This document shows positions 9,681-20,039 of a DNA stretch of 64,000 nt, piece after piece. The notes under the pieces are model-generated. The model searched no databases and was not told the DNA's origin. It saw only the letters and a list, made by a program, of their open reading frames with translations. The translations under genes and the position numbers were made by a program. Each line of letters starts with the position of its first letter. Within the stretch, counting starts at the first letter, position 1. Source of the DNA: an uncultured delta proteobacterium. Lineage in GTDB: Bacteria; Myxococcota_A; Polyangia; Fen-1088. Location: contig CAWCMR010000013.1 in the NCBI GenBank assembly GCA_963796685.1, positions 416,001 through 480,000 on the forward strand. Reading direction: 5' to 3'.

Positions 9681-11507
9681 CTACCTGCCGTAGAGGCCGG
9701 CGATGGTCGACGCGAATTTGCTGGCCACCACATCGCGTTTGACTTTGAGGCTGGGGGTCAGCTCGCCAGTCGCCTCGCTGAAATCCGAGGGAAGAATGGC
9801 AAAGCCCTTCACGGTTTCGTAGCTGGCCAGGGTAGCGTTCACCTCCGCCACGGCCTTCTCGATGGCCGCGCGCAGCTCGGGCGAAGCAGCGGCCCTGGCG
9901 ATGTCGCCGTCCCCGAACTGGCGAGCCGCGGGCTCGGAGGGGGTGATCAGGGCCACACAGTACGATCGCCTGTCTCCAAACACCACGACCTGGCTGACCA
10001 GCGGCGAGTGCGCCTTGAGGGCGTTCTCCAGCTTTTGCGGCGCCACGTTCTTACCGCCGGCAGTGATGATGATGTCCTTCTTCCGGTCGATGATACGCAA
10101 GAACCCGTCCTCGGACGCACCGATGTCGCCTGTCCGAAACCAACCCTCGGCATCGAACGCTTCGGCGGTCGCCTCGGGACAGCCGTGGTACGAAGCGAAG
10201 ATCGATGGCCCGCGTAGCAGGATCTCCCCGTCCGCGGCCAACTTGAAGTCCATGATGTCGATGGGGGGGCCGACGGTGCCGAAACGGAAGTTGTTCCAGC
10301 GGTTGACGAAGGCCGCGGCCGTGGACTCGGTGAGCCCGTAGCCTTCGAGAATCAGCAGCCCGGTGCCATGGAAGAATTCGGCGATCTCGCTGGAGAGCGG
10401 CGCGCCACCAGAAATCAGGAAACGGCAGCGGTCGAGCCCCAGCCGCTTGCGCAGCTTGGCGAGCACCCATCGGTTCGCGCAGGCGTAGGCCAGACGCAGT
10501 CCGAGCGTGGCGGTCTTCTTTTCGCGGACCATGGCCGAGTAGCGAGCGGCCACGCCGAACGCCCACTGCACCAGTCCTCGCTTGGCTCTGCCGCCCTTCC
10601 CGACGCCCGCTTGGACCGCGGCATGGAGCTTCTCGAAAATGCGCGGCACGCCGGCCATGAAGGTGGGGCGAACCTCGGCGAGATCGTACTTGATGCGCGC
10701 CATGCTCTCGGCGAAGGCGACTTCGGAGCCCACGATGATGGGGGCCCATTCGATTTCGCGCCCGAGGACGTGCGCCAGGGGCAAAAAGAGGTATTGGACA
10801 TCGTCAGGCCTGAGATCGAAGGCGCGAACCGCGCTCTCGCATGAGGCGACGAGATTGGCGTGGGTCAGCACCACGCCCTTGGGCTGCCCCGTCGTGCCGG
10901 AGGTGTAGATGATGGTGAAGGTACCGCTGGGCTTGACTGCATTGGCTCGCTTGTCGAGCTCGCCGACGTGGGTGGCCATCCACGCCGAGCCGGCTTGGCG
11001 AAGTTGCGCAAGGGAAAGCACCCCTGCTCGGTCGCCGTCGAGGGTGTCCGCCCCCGGCGCGGCCGCCGCGTTCTCTACCCGAACCACACGCAAGGGTGCG
11101 CGCAAGGCGGCCAGCTTGGCTACCTGCTCATCGTCCTCGACGATGACCGCGCGAGCGCCGCTGTCGCCCAGGATGAATGCACACTGCGCGGCCGTCGAGG
11201 AGGGATAGATGGGAACCGAAATCAGTCCAGCCATCGCGATCGCCACGTCGCAGAGCAGCCATTCGAGCCTGCTTTGGCAGAGAATCGCCACCCGATCGCC
11301 GCAGTCGAGGCCCAGCGCAAGCAGTCCCGACGCGATCTCGCGGGCGACCTGGTCGGCCTCCCGCCAGGTCTGACTTTGCCAGGCGTCCTTCCTGCGGTAG
11401 CGAAACGCCGGGCGATCTGCGAATTCGCGCACCCGGTTTTGCCAGATATCGTTCGCGCTGCGAGTTGTGGAAACGGAAATGCAGCTTTCGCGCGTCGGCG
11501 CCGACAT
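9681..11507 (-). CDS. fadD: Long-chain fatty acid-CoA ligase (AMP-binding family)
   Basis: YTSGTTGQPKG, EGYGLTES, WFRTGDIG, DRKKDIIITAGGKNVAP, ELTPSLKVKR; start approximate. Confidence 0.92.
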   Translation of the reverse strand: MSAPTRESCISVSTTRSANDIWQNRVREFADRPAFRYRRKDAWQSQTWREADQVAREIASGLLALGLDCGDRVAILCQSRLEWLLCDVAIAMAGLISVPIYPSSTAAQCAFILGDSGARAVIVEDDEQVAKLAALRAPLRVVRVENAAAAPGADTLDGDRAGVLSLAQLRQAGSAWMATHVGELDKRANAVKPSGTFTIIYTSGTTGQPKGVVLTHANLVASCESAVRAFDLRPDDVQYLFLPLAHVLGREIEWAPIIVGSEVAFAESMARIKYDLAEVRPTFMAGVPRIFEKLHAAVQAGVGKGGRAKRGLVQWAFGVAARYSAMVREKKTATLGLRLAYACANRWVLAKLRKRLGLDRCRFLISGGAPLSSEIAEFFHGTGLLILEGYGLTESTAAAFVNRWNNFRFGTVGPPIDIMDFKLAADGEILLRGPSIFASYHGCPEATAEAFDAEGWFRTGDIGASEDGFLRIIDRKKDIIITAGGKNVAPQKLENALKAHSPLVSQVVVFGDRRSYCVALITPSEPAARQFGDGDIARAAASPELRAAIEKAVAEVNATLASYETVKGFAILPSDFSEATGELTPSLKVKRDVVASKFASTIAGLYGR

Positions 11508-11719
11508 GGAACCCACATAGTGATCGCCGCACAGGCGCAGATCAAGGCCGTGTGACGGCGCTGACTCACGCGCGCGTTGGTCCGCAACGGCAAGAGTCAA
11601 TGGATCTGCCCCATCGCATGCGCGCAAGGCGTCTTGGGTTGTATCTCAAGAGTTACTCCCGTAGTATCCGGGCCGTAGCTTGGGATTTCGGTTCTTCCGC
11701 GCCAGGGACTTCAGGGACG

Positions 11720-13610
11720 ATGCTTTCGAAACCCTTGCCAGCACGTTATCGCATCATTGAGGAGGTCGGCCAAGGAGGCATGGCCGTGGTTTACCGTGCC
11801 CACGACGAGAAGCTGCGGCGTGAAGTGGCGGTCAAGGTCCTGCACTCCCACCTCCTCGCGGAACCCGAGTCCAGGGCCCGGCTGGAGCGCGAGGCGCGCG
11901 CCGTCGCCAAGCTGAACCACGATGGCATCCTCCAGATTTTCGACTACTCGGGCGAAGAAGCGGCGTCGTCGTACATCGTCACCGAGTTCATCGATGGGCA
12001 GACGCTCAAACAGTTTCTGACCAACCGAAAGCTACCCGTGCCCGAGCTCGCCGCTCTCATCGTAATGGAGCTCGGCGAGGCGCTCGGCCATGCCCATTCG
12101 CTGGGAATCATCCATCGCGACCTCAAGCCCGAAAACGTCATGGTTCGCAAGGACGGCGTGCTCAAGTTGATGGACTTCGGGGTCGCCCAGGTCGTGGATC
12201 TCGAACGCATGACGGTGACCGGGCAGATCCTCGGCTCGCCCGCCTACATGGCGCCCGAGGTTCTCGACGGCCGCACCCTGGATTTCCGCAGCGACATCTT
12301 CTCCGTCGGCGTGATGCTGTACCAGATGGCCACGGGCGCCCTGCCCTTCCCGGGCAAGAACCCGCACGAAGTCCTGCGCAAGGTGTCCGAGGGCAAATTC
12401 GCCGATCCGCGCACCGTCAACCGGCTGGTCTCCGATCAGCTGGCCCGCGTGATCGCCAAGGCGCTGGCGCGCAAACCCGAAGATCGCTACGCAACCATCC
12501 AGGACATGGTGGACGAGCTACGCGCCTATGCGGCAGACGCCGGACTCGGCACTGCCAAAGACGAGCTGCGAACCTATCTGACCGAACCTGACGAATACGA
12601 AAAGACCATCGTCCCGCGCATGGTCTCGTCACTGGTCGAATCCGGCCTGCGCGAACAAGTGGCGCGGCACCGCGCACGCGCCCTCGAGCTTTGGAATCGC
12701 GCCCTCGCCTTCGAACCGGACAATCAGGCCGTGCTGACCGAGCTGCAACGTCTGGAACGTGGCGAGCGGCTGCGGCGCTGGGTCATCGGCGGGACCGTGC
12801 TCGGCATCCTGGTCGCCATGGCGACGGGTGCCTTGTTCCTCGCGCGCAAGGCCCTGGGCGAAAAGAAGCCCGGCGTCGCGGCGGTGAGCACCACCCTCGC
12901 GCCCAAACCAGGCGGCGCCCATCCCCCGGCGCAGGCTGGCGCCGGCAGCCGGCCCCCCCTTCCAACGAGGGCCTGCAGCCTCGCGCGCCCCAGGCCGCGC
13001 GGCGAGAGAGGCCCACCACCACGAGATCGTACTCGCCGAAAGGGCTCTCGCGCGCGAGGAGGAGGCGACCAGGAACGACGAGCCCATGGCCAAGCCGGGC
13101 GATGGCGACAGCCCGCAGATTCCGAGCATCACCTTGACTCTGGGCTTCACCCCGGCCCGGGTCGAAGTGTGGATGGACGGCAAGAAGGCCTTCGACTACG
13201 GGCCCGAGCGGAACCGCATCGAGATTCAGTGGGACAGGCCGCACAGGCTGGAATTCCGCAACGATAGTTGCTGCAATCGGAAAGAGGTGGTGGTCGGCCC
13301 ACAGCTCTTCCGGCCCCCTGGCGATCACTTGTTCGTCAATCTCGACCCGAAGCCCGCCCGTCTGGCTGTGACTCTCGATCCGCCCGTGCCCGGCGCCACT
13401 TTGCTCATTCGCGAGGTCAACGAGAACAAGGCCAACCCCTGGCGCGCACGCGCCCTACCCGGCGAGAAATTCCCAGTACCCTTTGACGCGGGCGATGAGA
13501 TGCGCAAGAGTCTGGAGGTGGTGGTATTCAAGGGCGACAAGACGACGATCAAACAGGTGACGATCACCGCGGGAGAAACTCGTCCAGTCACGATTCATGT
13601 GGACGAGTAG
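11720..13610 (+). CDS. Membrane Ser/Thr protein kinase with C-terminal PEGA-like extracytoplasmic region (frameshift about 12890-12960)
   Basis: GQGGMAVVY, HRDLKPEN, DFG, GSPAYMAPE; TM segment WVIGGTVLGILVAMATGALFLA; ORF 13086-13610 is open back to about 12890 and forms the C-terminus. Confidence 0.85.
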
Positions 13611-13612
13611 CC

Positions 13613-14521
13613 TTGGGCGCCAGCTTCCTTCTTGTGGCACTTCTTTTCCAGGCGACACCGACGGCGCCCAACGAGGATTTGCAGCGAGGCAAGAATGCCT
13701 ATGACCGGGGCGAATTCGCTCGCGCGGTCGAAATCGTGCGCCCCCTGCTCTACCCGGAAATGCGCCTGCAAACCGAAGGACAAATCGTCCAAGCCCATCG
13801 GATCCTCGGGGTGTCGTACCTTTTCGAAAGACAGCAGGCCGACGCCGAACGCGAATTTCGCAAATTGCTCCAGCTTGTCCCCGACTACCATTTCGATCCG
13901 TTGCTCGATCCGCCCGAAGTGGTCGACTTCTTCAACAACGTGCGCAAGGGCTACGAGGCCGAGCTCGCGGATCTCGAGGCACGGCGCAAGGCCATGGAGC
14001 AAGCTCGCCTGCGCGACAAGGAAGAATGCGAAAAGGCCCGGGCGGGCCCCACGGTGATCGAAAAGCGCGTGGGGCGAAACTCTTTCGTGGTCAACTTCGT
14101 TCCCTTCGGCGCCGGGCAATTCCAGAACGGGCAACGCAAGAAAGGCTGGGCGTTCCTGGTCGGTGAAACCGTTCTGGGAGCCGTTTCGGTCGGGGCGTTT
14201 GCCACCAACTTGGCTGTCTTCGGCTTTCGGCCGCAGCGCTCTTGCCGCTACGACGTCGGCAGCACGGCTTGTCCGGCTGACGCCATCGATCACACCGATG
14301 AAAATCGTTCGCGCTGGCTTACGCGGGTCCAGGTCGCGAGCGGCGCGATGTTTTTCGGCGCCGTGGCCTGGGGTATCCTCGACGCCATCTACTTCTACAA
14401 GCCTGAAACCCAGCTTTCGCTCGCTGATCCGCCCCGTCACCCAACCGCGATCGGAACCTTGCGCCTTGCACCCGCTGTGATGGATCGCGCAATCGGGCCC
14501 GGTCTTTCCTTCCGTTTCTAG
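13613..14521 (+). CDS. TPR-containing exported/membrane protein
   Basis: Signal-like N-terminus, TPR helices, FVPFGAGQFQNG segment, C-terminal aromatic residue (SFRF); 2 bp after the kinase. Confidence 0.75.
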   Translation: MGASFLLVALLFQATPTAPNEDLQRGKNAYDRGEFARAVEIVRPLLYPEMRLQTEGQIVQAHRILGVSYLFERQQADAEREFRKLLQLVPDYHFDPLLDPPEVVDFFNNVRKGYEAELADLEARRKAMEQARLRDKEECEKARAGPTVIEKRVGRNSFVVNFVPFGAGQFQNGQRKKGWAFLVGETVLGAVSVGAFATNLAVFGFRPQRSCRYDVGSTACPADAIDHTDENRSRWLTRVQVASGAMFFGAVAWGILDAIYFYKPETQLSLADPPRHPTAIGTLRLAPAVMDRAIGPGLSFRF

Positions 14522-14545
14522 AAAGAACCAGCCAAACTCCCCGCC

Positions 14546-16367
14546 ATGGCGACCCTTCGAATCCACGCGCCCGGTACCGGCGTGAAGGTCTACCACATCT
14601 ACAAGAAGCTCACTTCGCTGGGCAAAGGCGAAGGGGTGGATGTGCTCTTGCAGGATCCGCTCCTCGCCGATACCCACGCGCACATCCATTTCGACGGTCG
14701 CGACTTCAACATTTCGGTGACCGATAGGGACGCGGACCTGCACGTGAACGGCAGGCGTCGCACCAAGCACCGGCTGTCCCAAGACGACCGCATGCGCATC
14801 GGCGGTGTCGAGCTGGAGTTCTCGCTCTACGACGAGCCGGTGACCGACGAGGTGGCGGCCAAGACCATGGCCGAGCTGAACTCGTACAAGCGGCTGTTCG
14901 AGTTCTCGCAGAAGCTGATGAACAACTACGAGATTCCGAGCCTGCTCGATGCGCTGCTCGACGTGGTCATCCAGGTCAGCAACGCCGACAAGGGGTTCAT
15001 CGTGTTGCTCGAATCCGGCGAGCCGGTCGTCAAGGTCGCGCGCAACCTGCGCCGCGAGACCATCTCGGATGCGGTTCGCCACCTGTCCGACTCGATCATC
15101 AAGCGCGTGGTCGAAAGCCGCCAGCCGCTCATCATTTCGGACGCGCTCAACGACAGCAGCTTCAAGAACTCGCTATCGGTGATGAACCTGCGCCTGACCT
15201 CGGTCATGTGCGTGCCCCTCCTCGAGCGCGGAAACCTCATCGGGCTCATCTACGTGGGGAACGACAACGTGGCCCAGCTCTTCGACCAGGCCGCGCTGGA
15301 GATCCTGACCATCTTCGCGGCCCAGGCCTCGCTGGTCATTCGCAATGCACTCCTGGTCAACGAGCTTCAGCTCGACAACCAGTCTCTGCAAGAGCGCATC
15401 GAGCGTATCCGGTTCGGCGAAATCCTGGGCTCTTCGCCCGGGATCCAGGAGGTGTTCCGCAAGGTCCAGCGTGTCGCGGGGACCGACATCACGGTGCTGG
15501 TCACCGGCGAGACCGGTACCGGCAAGGAGCTCATCGCGCGCGAAATCCACAACCGCTCGCTGCGCGCCAAGGGGCCCTTCATCAGCGTGAACTGCGGCGC
15601 GATTCCCGAGAACCTGCTCGAGTCGGAAGCTCTTCGGTCACGTGCGCGGCGCCTTCACGGGCGCGATCGCCAACAAAGCCGGCCGCTTCCAGTCCGCCAA
15701 CAAGGGGACCCTCTTCCTCGACGAGATCGGCGAGATGCCCCACGCGCTGCAAGTCAAGATCCTACGCGCCTTGCAGGAGCACATCGTGACCAAGGTGGGC
15801 GACACCTCGGCCGAATCGGTGGACATCCGGGTCATCGCCGCCACCAACCGCGACCTCGAGGTCGAGACGCGCAACGGCCGATTTCGTGAGGATCTCTACT
15901 ATCGTCTCAACGTGGTCCACCTCCTTCTTCCGCCGCTGCGCGACCGCGGCGACGACATCGTGGTGCTCGCCCGCTACATGTTGGCGCGCTATGCCCCCGA
16001 ATACAGCAGCAAGGTCCGCGGTTTTTCGCCGTCCGCCATCGTGGCCATCAAACGCTACCGCTGGCCAGGAAACATCCGCGAGCTGGAAAACCGCATCAAG
16101 AAGGCCGTCGTGCTGGCCGACAAGACCATGCTTGGGCCGGACGACCTGGGCATCAACCTCGACGAAATCCCGGCCATTTTGCCCTTGGCCGACGCCCGCG
16201 AGCGTTGGCAGCGATCGTACATCAACGAGGTCTTGGGACTGAACGGCGGCAACCGGACCAAGACCGCGCGCGACCTCGGCGTGGATCCGCGCACAATCTT
16301 CAGGCACCTCGAAAAGGAGGAAGGCGGCGAAGGCTCTGATGCTCCGCCGTCCTTGGACGAACCCTGA
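14546..16367 (+). CDS. FHA-GAF-sigma54 AAA+-HTH transcriptional activator (frameshift about 15628)
   Basis: FHA-like N-terminus, GAF (SVMCVPL), [11 protein letters not shown]|[12 protein letters not shown] restored by removing one [19 protein letters not shown], Fis HTH. Confidence 0.92.
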
Positions 16368-16909
16368 TGCCCACGCGTCTGACCAGGAAGCTGCGTGTGG
16401 CCGCGCCTGCGCGAAGGAGCCATCTGCTTGCACTGTCGGCCTTGCTGTTTGTCTCTTCGGGTTGCGTGGTTCCCGTTGGCCCGGAGTGGTCCGACCCGCA
16501 AAGCAACTACCCGCCCACCATCCACTCCGCGAACCCGCCGATTGGATCGATGTTGGGCGGAACCGCGGATGCGGCAGTCGCCGCCATCGTCGAGGTCGTG
16601 CTTGCGGACCAGAACACCGCGGACACCCTCTACGTGCGCTGGATCATCGACTATCCGCCATTCGTCGAGAACGTCTCGCACGTTGCCTTTCCGCTCGAGC
16701 AACCGGGCGGAAAGGAAATCCTGCGGCCCTCCATTCGCTACGCGCCCAATTGCAGCGACGACGCCATCTCGCACGCCTCCCCGGACCATCGCCTGCTCCT
16801 GGCGGTGACGGATCGGCCCTTTGCCCCCGACGATCAGACGCGTCTCGATAACCCCAGCGGCGATTACCTGGTCGAGGGTTCCTGGGACTTCTTTCTGAAT
16901 TGTCCATAG
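16367..16909 (+). CDS. Hypothetical lipoprotein
   Basis: Lipobox VSSGC after a hydrophobic stretch; start overlaps the activator stop (TGATG). Confidence 0.7.
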   Translation: MPTRLTRKLRVAAPARRSHLLALSALLFVSSGCVVPVGPEWSDPQSNYPPTIHSANPPIGSMLGGTADAAVAAIVEVVLADQNTADTLYVRWIIDYPPFVENVSHVAFPLEQPGGKEILRPSIRYAPNCSDDAISHASPDHRLLLAVTDRPFAPDDQTRLDNPSGDYLVEGSWDFFLNCP

Positions 16910-17042
16910 TCCCGACGCGGCAATTGACTTTCAGGCTCCTTGCTCGTAGTCTTCGTATACCTGCCGGCGCTCCGGCAGAACGCGCTCCTCGCTGGGAGCC
17001 ATTTGCAGGTGGGTTCGTTAAGGGCTCGCCTCGTAGTCGCCC

Positions 17043-17612
17043 TTGTCATCGTCCAACATCCCACCCAATCAAGAGTTTCACCGCTATCGCAGGCTGGTTG
17101 CGTGGACATCCTCGACCCTCGTGGCCCTGGGCTGTCTCTACCTGCTCTTGTCGGTGACCGTGTCGTTGCAACGACGGCGCAACATCGTGCTCCAAGACCG
17201 AATTAGCGCCCAGCTTACGGCCAAGGAGATAAGTGGCTGCTTCGAAGAGCTGCGCGACGTGTCTGTGGGGCTGGAAAAACACCTCGAAAATGCCTACCAC
17301 CTCTTGGGTGGTTACGATTCCGAGGAGGCACGCAGGTGGAGTGGCGAGGGCGAGGTGTGGCGCAACCGCTGGAGAGTCTTCGGTGAGCGCTGCCGCTTGG
17401 TCGAGGCGCGCGCAGTGCCTCCCAACAAAGATATGGAAGCGATGGCCGAGGCCTACGAGGAGCTGGGCAGCATCCAAACCACGTACTCGCGTGCACTATT
17501 GCGCTTTGGTAGCGAGCTGGCACCACGCCTCGATCGTATCAACAAGCGCGTCGATGAAATAGGCGAGCGACTGGCAACCCCAGGCTCGCTAGCAGGAGCA
17601 GACCATGAGTGA
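17043..17612 (+). CDS. Hypothetical membrane-anchored helical protein
   Basis: One N-terminal TM helix, helical body with two Cys; overlaps the helicase start. Confidence 0.65.
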   Translation: MSSSNIPPNQEFHRYRRLVAWTSSTLVALGCLYLLLSVTVSLQRRRNIVLQDRISAQLTAKEISGCFEELRDVSVGLEKHLENAYHLLGGYDSEEARRWSGEGEVWRNRWRVFGERCRLVEARAVPPNKDMEAMAEAYEELGSIQTTYSRALLRFGSELAPRLDRINKRVDEIGERLATPGSLAGADHE

Positions 17613-19629
17613 TCAGGCTATGAGCAATTCCACGTCGGGCGAGCCCGCCGCGCCCGCGGGCGAGGGCTCTCCCAAAACGACTTTTGCCGACCTCGGCCTT
17701 GGTGAAGCGGTCCTCAAGGCCGTCACGGACATGGGCTTCGTCGAGCCCATGGAGGTCCAGCGCGCCACCATCCCGCTCGCCCGCGAGGGCCGCGACATCC
17801 TAGTGCAGTCGCGGACCGGATCGGGCAAGACCGCAGCCTTCGCCATTCCCTTCGCCGACTGGATCGCCGACCCCAAGGAAGGATTTCCACAAGCCTTGGT
17901 GCTGCTCCCCACCCGCGAGCTGGCCTTGCAGGTCGCGGCCGAGACGGCGCGCATCTGCGCCCACACGGGGCTTGCCGTGCTTCCCGTCTACGGTGGCTCG
18001 CCCATGGGCCGTCAGATCGAACAGCTGCGCGCGGGCGCCCAAGTCATTTGCGGCACGCCCGGCCGCATCTTGGACCACATCCGCCGCGGCACCCTGCAGC
18101 TCGACCGCATCAAGTGTGCAGTGCTCGACGAGTGCGACGAGATGTTGTCCATGGGCTTTCAGGAAGACATCGAGAACATCCTCAGCGAAACCCCGGCCAC
18201 GCGGCAGACGCTGCTCTTTTCGGCCACCATTCCCGAAGGCATCCAGCGGCTTTCCCGGCGCTTCATGCACAATCCCGAGACGCTGAAGCTTTCGGCCGAC
18301 TTCGTGGGCGTGCACGAGATCCGCCATACCTACTACTCGATTCCAGGTGGCCAGCGCGAGGCCGAGCTCTTGCGCGTGCTCGCTTTCGAGGAACCCGAGC
18401 GCGCGGTCATCTTCTGCAATACCCGCGATGAAACCGGCCGGGTCGCCGAGTTCTTGCGCAAGCAGGGCATGGTCGCAGAACCCATCTCGTCGGATCTTTC
18501 GCAATCCGAGCGTGAACAGGTCATGCAGCGCATGCGTGCGGGCAGTATTCGCTTCTTGGTCGCCACCGATGTCGCTGCCCGCGGCATCGACATCGAAAAC
18601 CTGCCTTGTGTCATCAACTACACCTTCCCCGAGTCCCCCGAGATCTACATTCACCGCACCGGGCGAACCGGCCGCGCCGGCCGCAACGGACACGCCATTT
18701 CGCTCATCGGCCCGACCGAGGTTGGCTCCTTCTACTATTTGAAGCTGCTCTACAAGATCAAGCCCGAGGAACGCACCCTACCCTCGGAGGCCGAGGTTCG
18801 CTCGCACCGCGAGGGCGAGAGGCTCGTGCATCTGCGAGCGCAGCTGGCCGGCGATCCCGGCCCCGAGTGGCATTCCCTGGCCCGGCGACTCATGATCGCC
18901 ATCGATGCCGAACGACTCATCGGTTCACTCCTGCGCGGCGCTCTGGCGGGCGTCAAGGCGGAGGCGGCAAGGCCGGTACCGGCAACGCAAGCCGGGCCCC
19001 TGACGAGTGTGCCGTTGCCTGTCCCCTCTTTGCGCGAGGCTGCCGCTCCTTCCCGCGATACGGATCGCCACGAACGCGGCATGCACGGCGAGCGCCGACC
19101 GCGAAGCTACGGTGAACGCGATCGGCCCGGGCGCGAACGTGGCCGCCGCGAGCGCGATGGGCGAGGAGACGGACGAAGCAACGACCGTCCAGCCCAGTCA
19201 GAGCAGGCCGCTGCGGGAAGGCCTCCCAAGGCCGATGACGGTCGCGAGTTCTGGGAGGTCTGGAGCGAGGAGGTCGGGCGCACACCGAACGGCGCCGGAA
19301 CCGAGAGCCAGACCGCCGTCACCGTCGGTGCGCCGGCTGCGGGAGCCGACGCGCCCGTGGTCGCTCATGTGGCCGCCGTGGCCACGGGGCAGGTTCGACT
19401 ATACGTGAACCTCGGTCGCAAGGACGGCGCCACCGCCGAGATGGTCGCCGACATGCTTTCCTCGAGTGGCACGGTCGTGCCGGCCGCGGACGTGGAGCTG
19501 ATGAACACGCACTGCTACGTCAACGTCGCCAAGGAAGCCGCCGAGGCCTTGTGTGCGGGCATGAACGGCCGAAGCCATAATGGCCGCTCCATTCTTTGCG
19601 AGCCCGCCCGTCCTCCCAGGCGCCGCTGA
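17605..19629 (+). CDS. deaD: DEAD-box RNA helicase with C-terminal DbpA-type RNA-binding domain
   Basis: Q motif, RTGSGKT, PTRELA, DECD, SAT, ARGID, HRTGRTGRAG; C-terminal RLYVNLGRKDG. Confidence 0.92.
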   Translation: MSDQAMSNSTSGEPAAPAGEGSPKTTFADLGLGEAVLKAVTDMGFVEPMEVQRATIPLAREGRDILVQSRTGSGKTAAFAIPFADWIADPKEGFPQALVLLPTRELALQVAAETARICAHTGLAVLPVYGGSPMGRQIEQLRAGAQVICGTPGRILDHIRRGTLQLDRIKCAVLDECDEMLSMGFQEDIENILSETPATRQTLLFSATIPEGIQRLSRRFMHNPETLKLSADFVGVHEIRHTYYSIPGGQREAELLRVLAFEEPERAVIFCNTRDETGRVAEFLRKQGMVAEPISSDLSQSEREQVMQRMRAGSIRFLVATDVAARGIDIENLPCVINYTFPESPEIYIHRTGRTGRAGRNGHAISLIGPTEVGSFYYLKLLYKIKPEERTLPSEAEVRSHREGERLVHLRAQLAGDPGPEWHSLARRLMIAIDAERLIGSLLRGALAGVKAEAARPVPATQAGPLTSVPLPVPSLREAAAPSRDTDRHERGMHGERRPRSYGERDRPGRERGRRERDGRGDGRSNDRPAQSEQAAAGRPPKADDGREFWEVWSEEVGRTPNGAGTESQTAVTVGAPAAGADAPVVAHVAAVATGQVRLYVNLGRKDGATAEMVADMLSSSGTVVPAADVELMNTHCYVNVAKEAAEALCAGMNGRSHNGRSILCEPARPPRRR

Positions 19630-19637
19630 TGATTTTA

Positions 19638-19895
19638 ATGGGAACCCTGGGAGGGTTCCCAAACCCTCCCGCGTTCTGGCTCCGCCGGGCAAAGCCCGGC
19701 TACGCCTACGCGATCATGGGAACCCTGGGAGGGGGCCTGAGGCCGCGCAGCGGCCATATCTCCTCGCCCCGCGGTCACGCGGGGAGAGGACGCCGCGCGA
19801 AGCGCGGCAGGTGAGGGGCCGACGCGTTCGCTCTTTCGCCCGCGCCTCTCCCGCCGGCGCGGACGTCGGCGGCCTCTCTCCGACGGGGAGAGGCC
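19638..19895. repeat. Cluster of REP-like palindromes with an 18-bp direct repeat
   Basis: ATGGGAACCCTGGGAGGG at 19638 and 19716. Hairpins at 19640-19660, 19649-19670, 19684-19700, 19761-19790, 19792-19808 and 19871-19895. Lies between convergent genes. Confidence 0.7.
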
Positions 19896-20039
19896 TGGGA
19901 TCTTGACCCGCGCGAATACCTTGAAAGGGCAGCCCTGAGACGGTTCTCACCTTTGGCAGGGTATGCTTCGCCCTCGGCACCTGCCAGCCCGTCCTGCCAC
20001 TCCCGCGCTACGCGCGGCCTCGCTCGGGAGGCTCGCCGA

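Noticed and set aside
19638-19740. Possible mini-CRISPR (two 18-bp repeats)
   Set aside because: Only two copies, repeat too short, the intervening sequence is itself palindromic, and no cas genes are present
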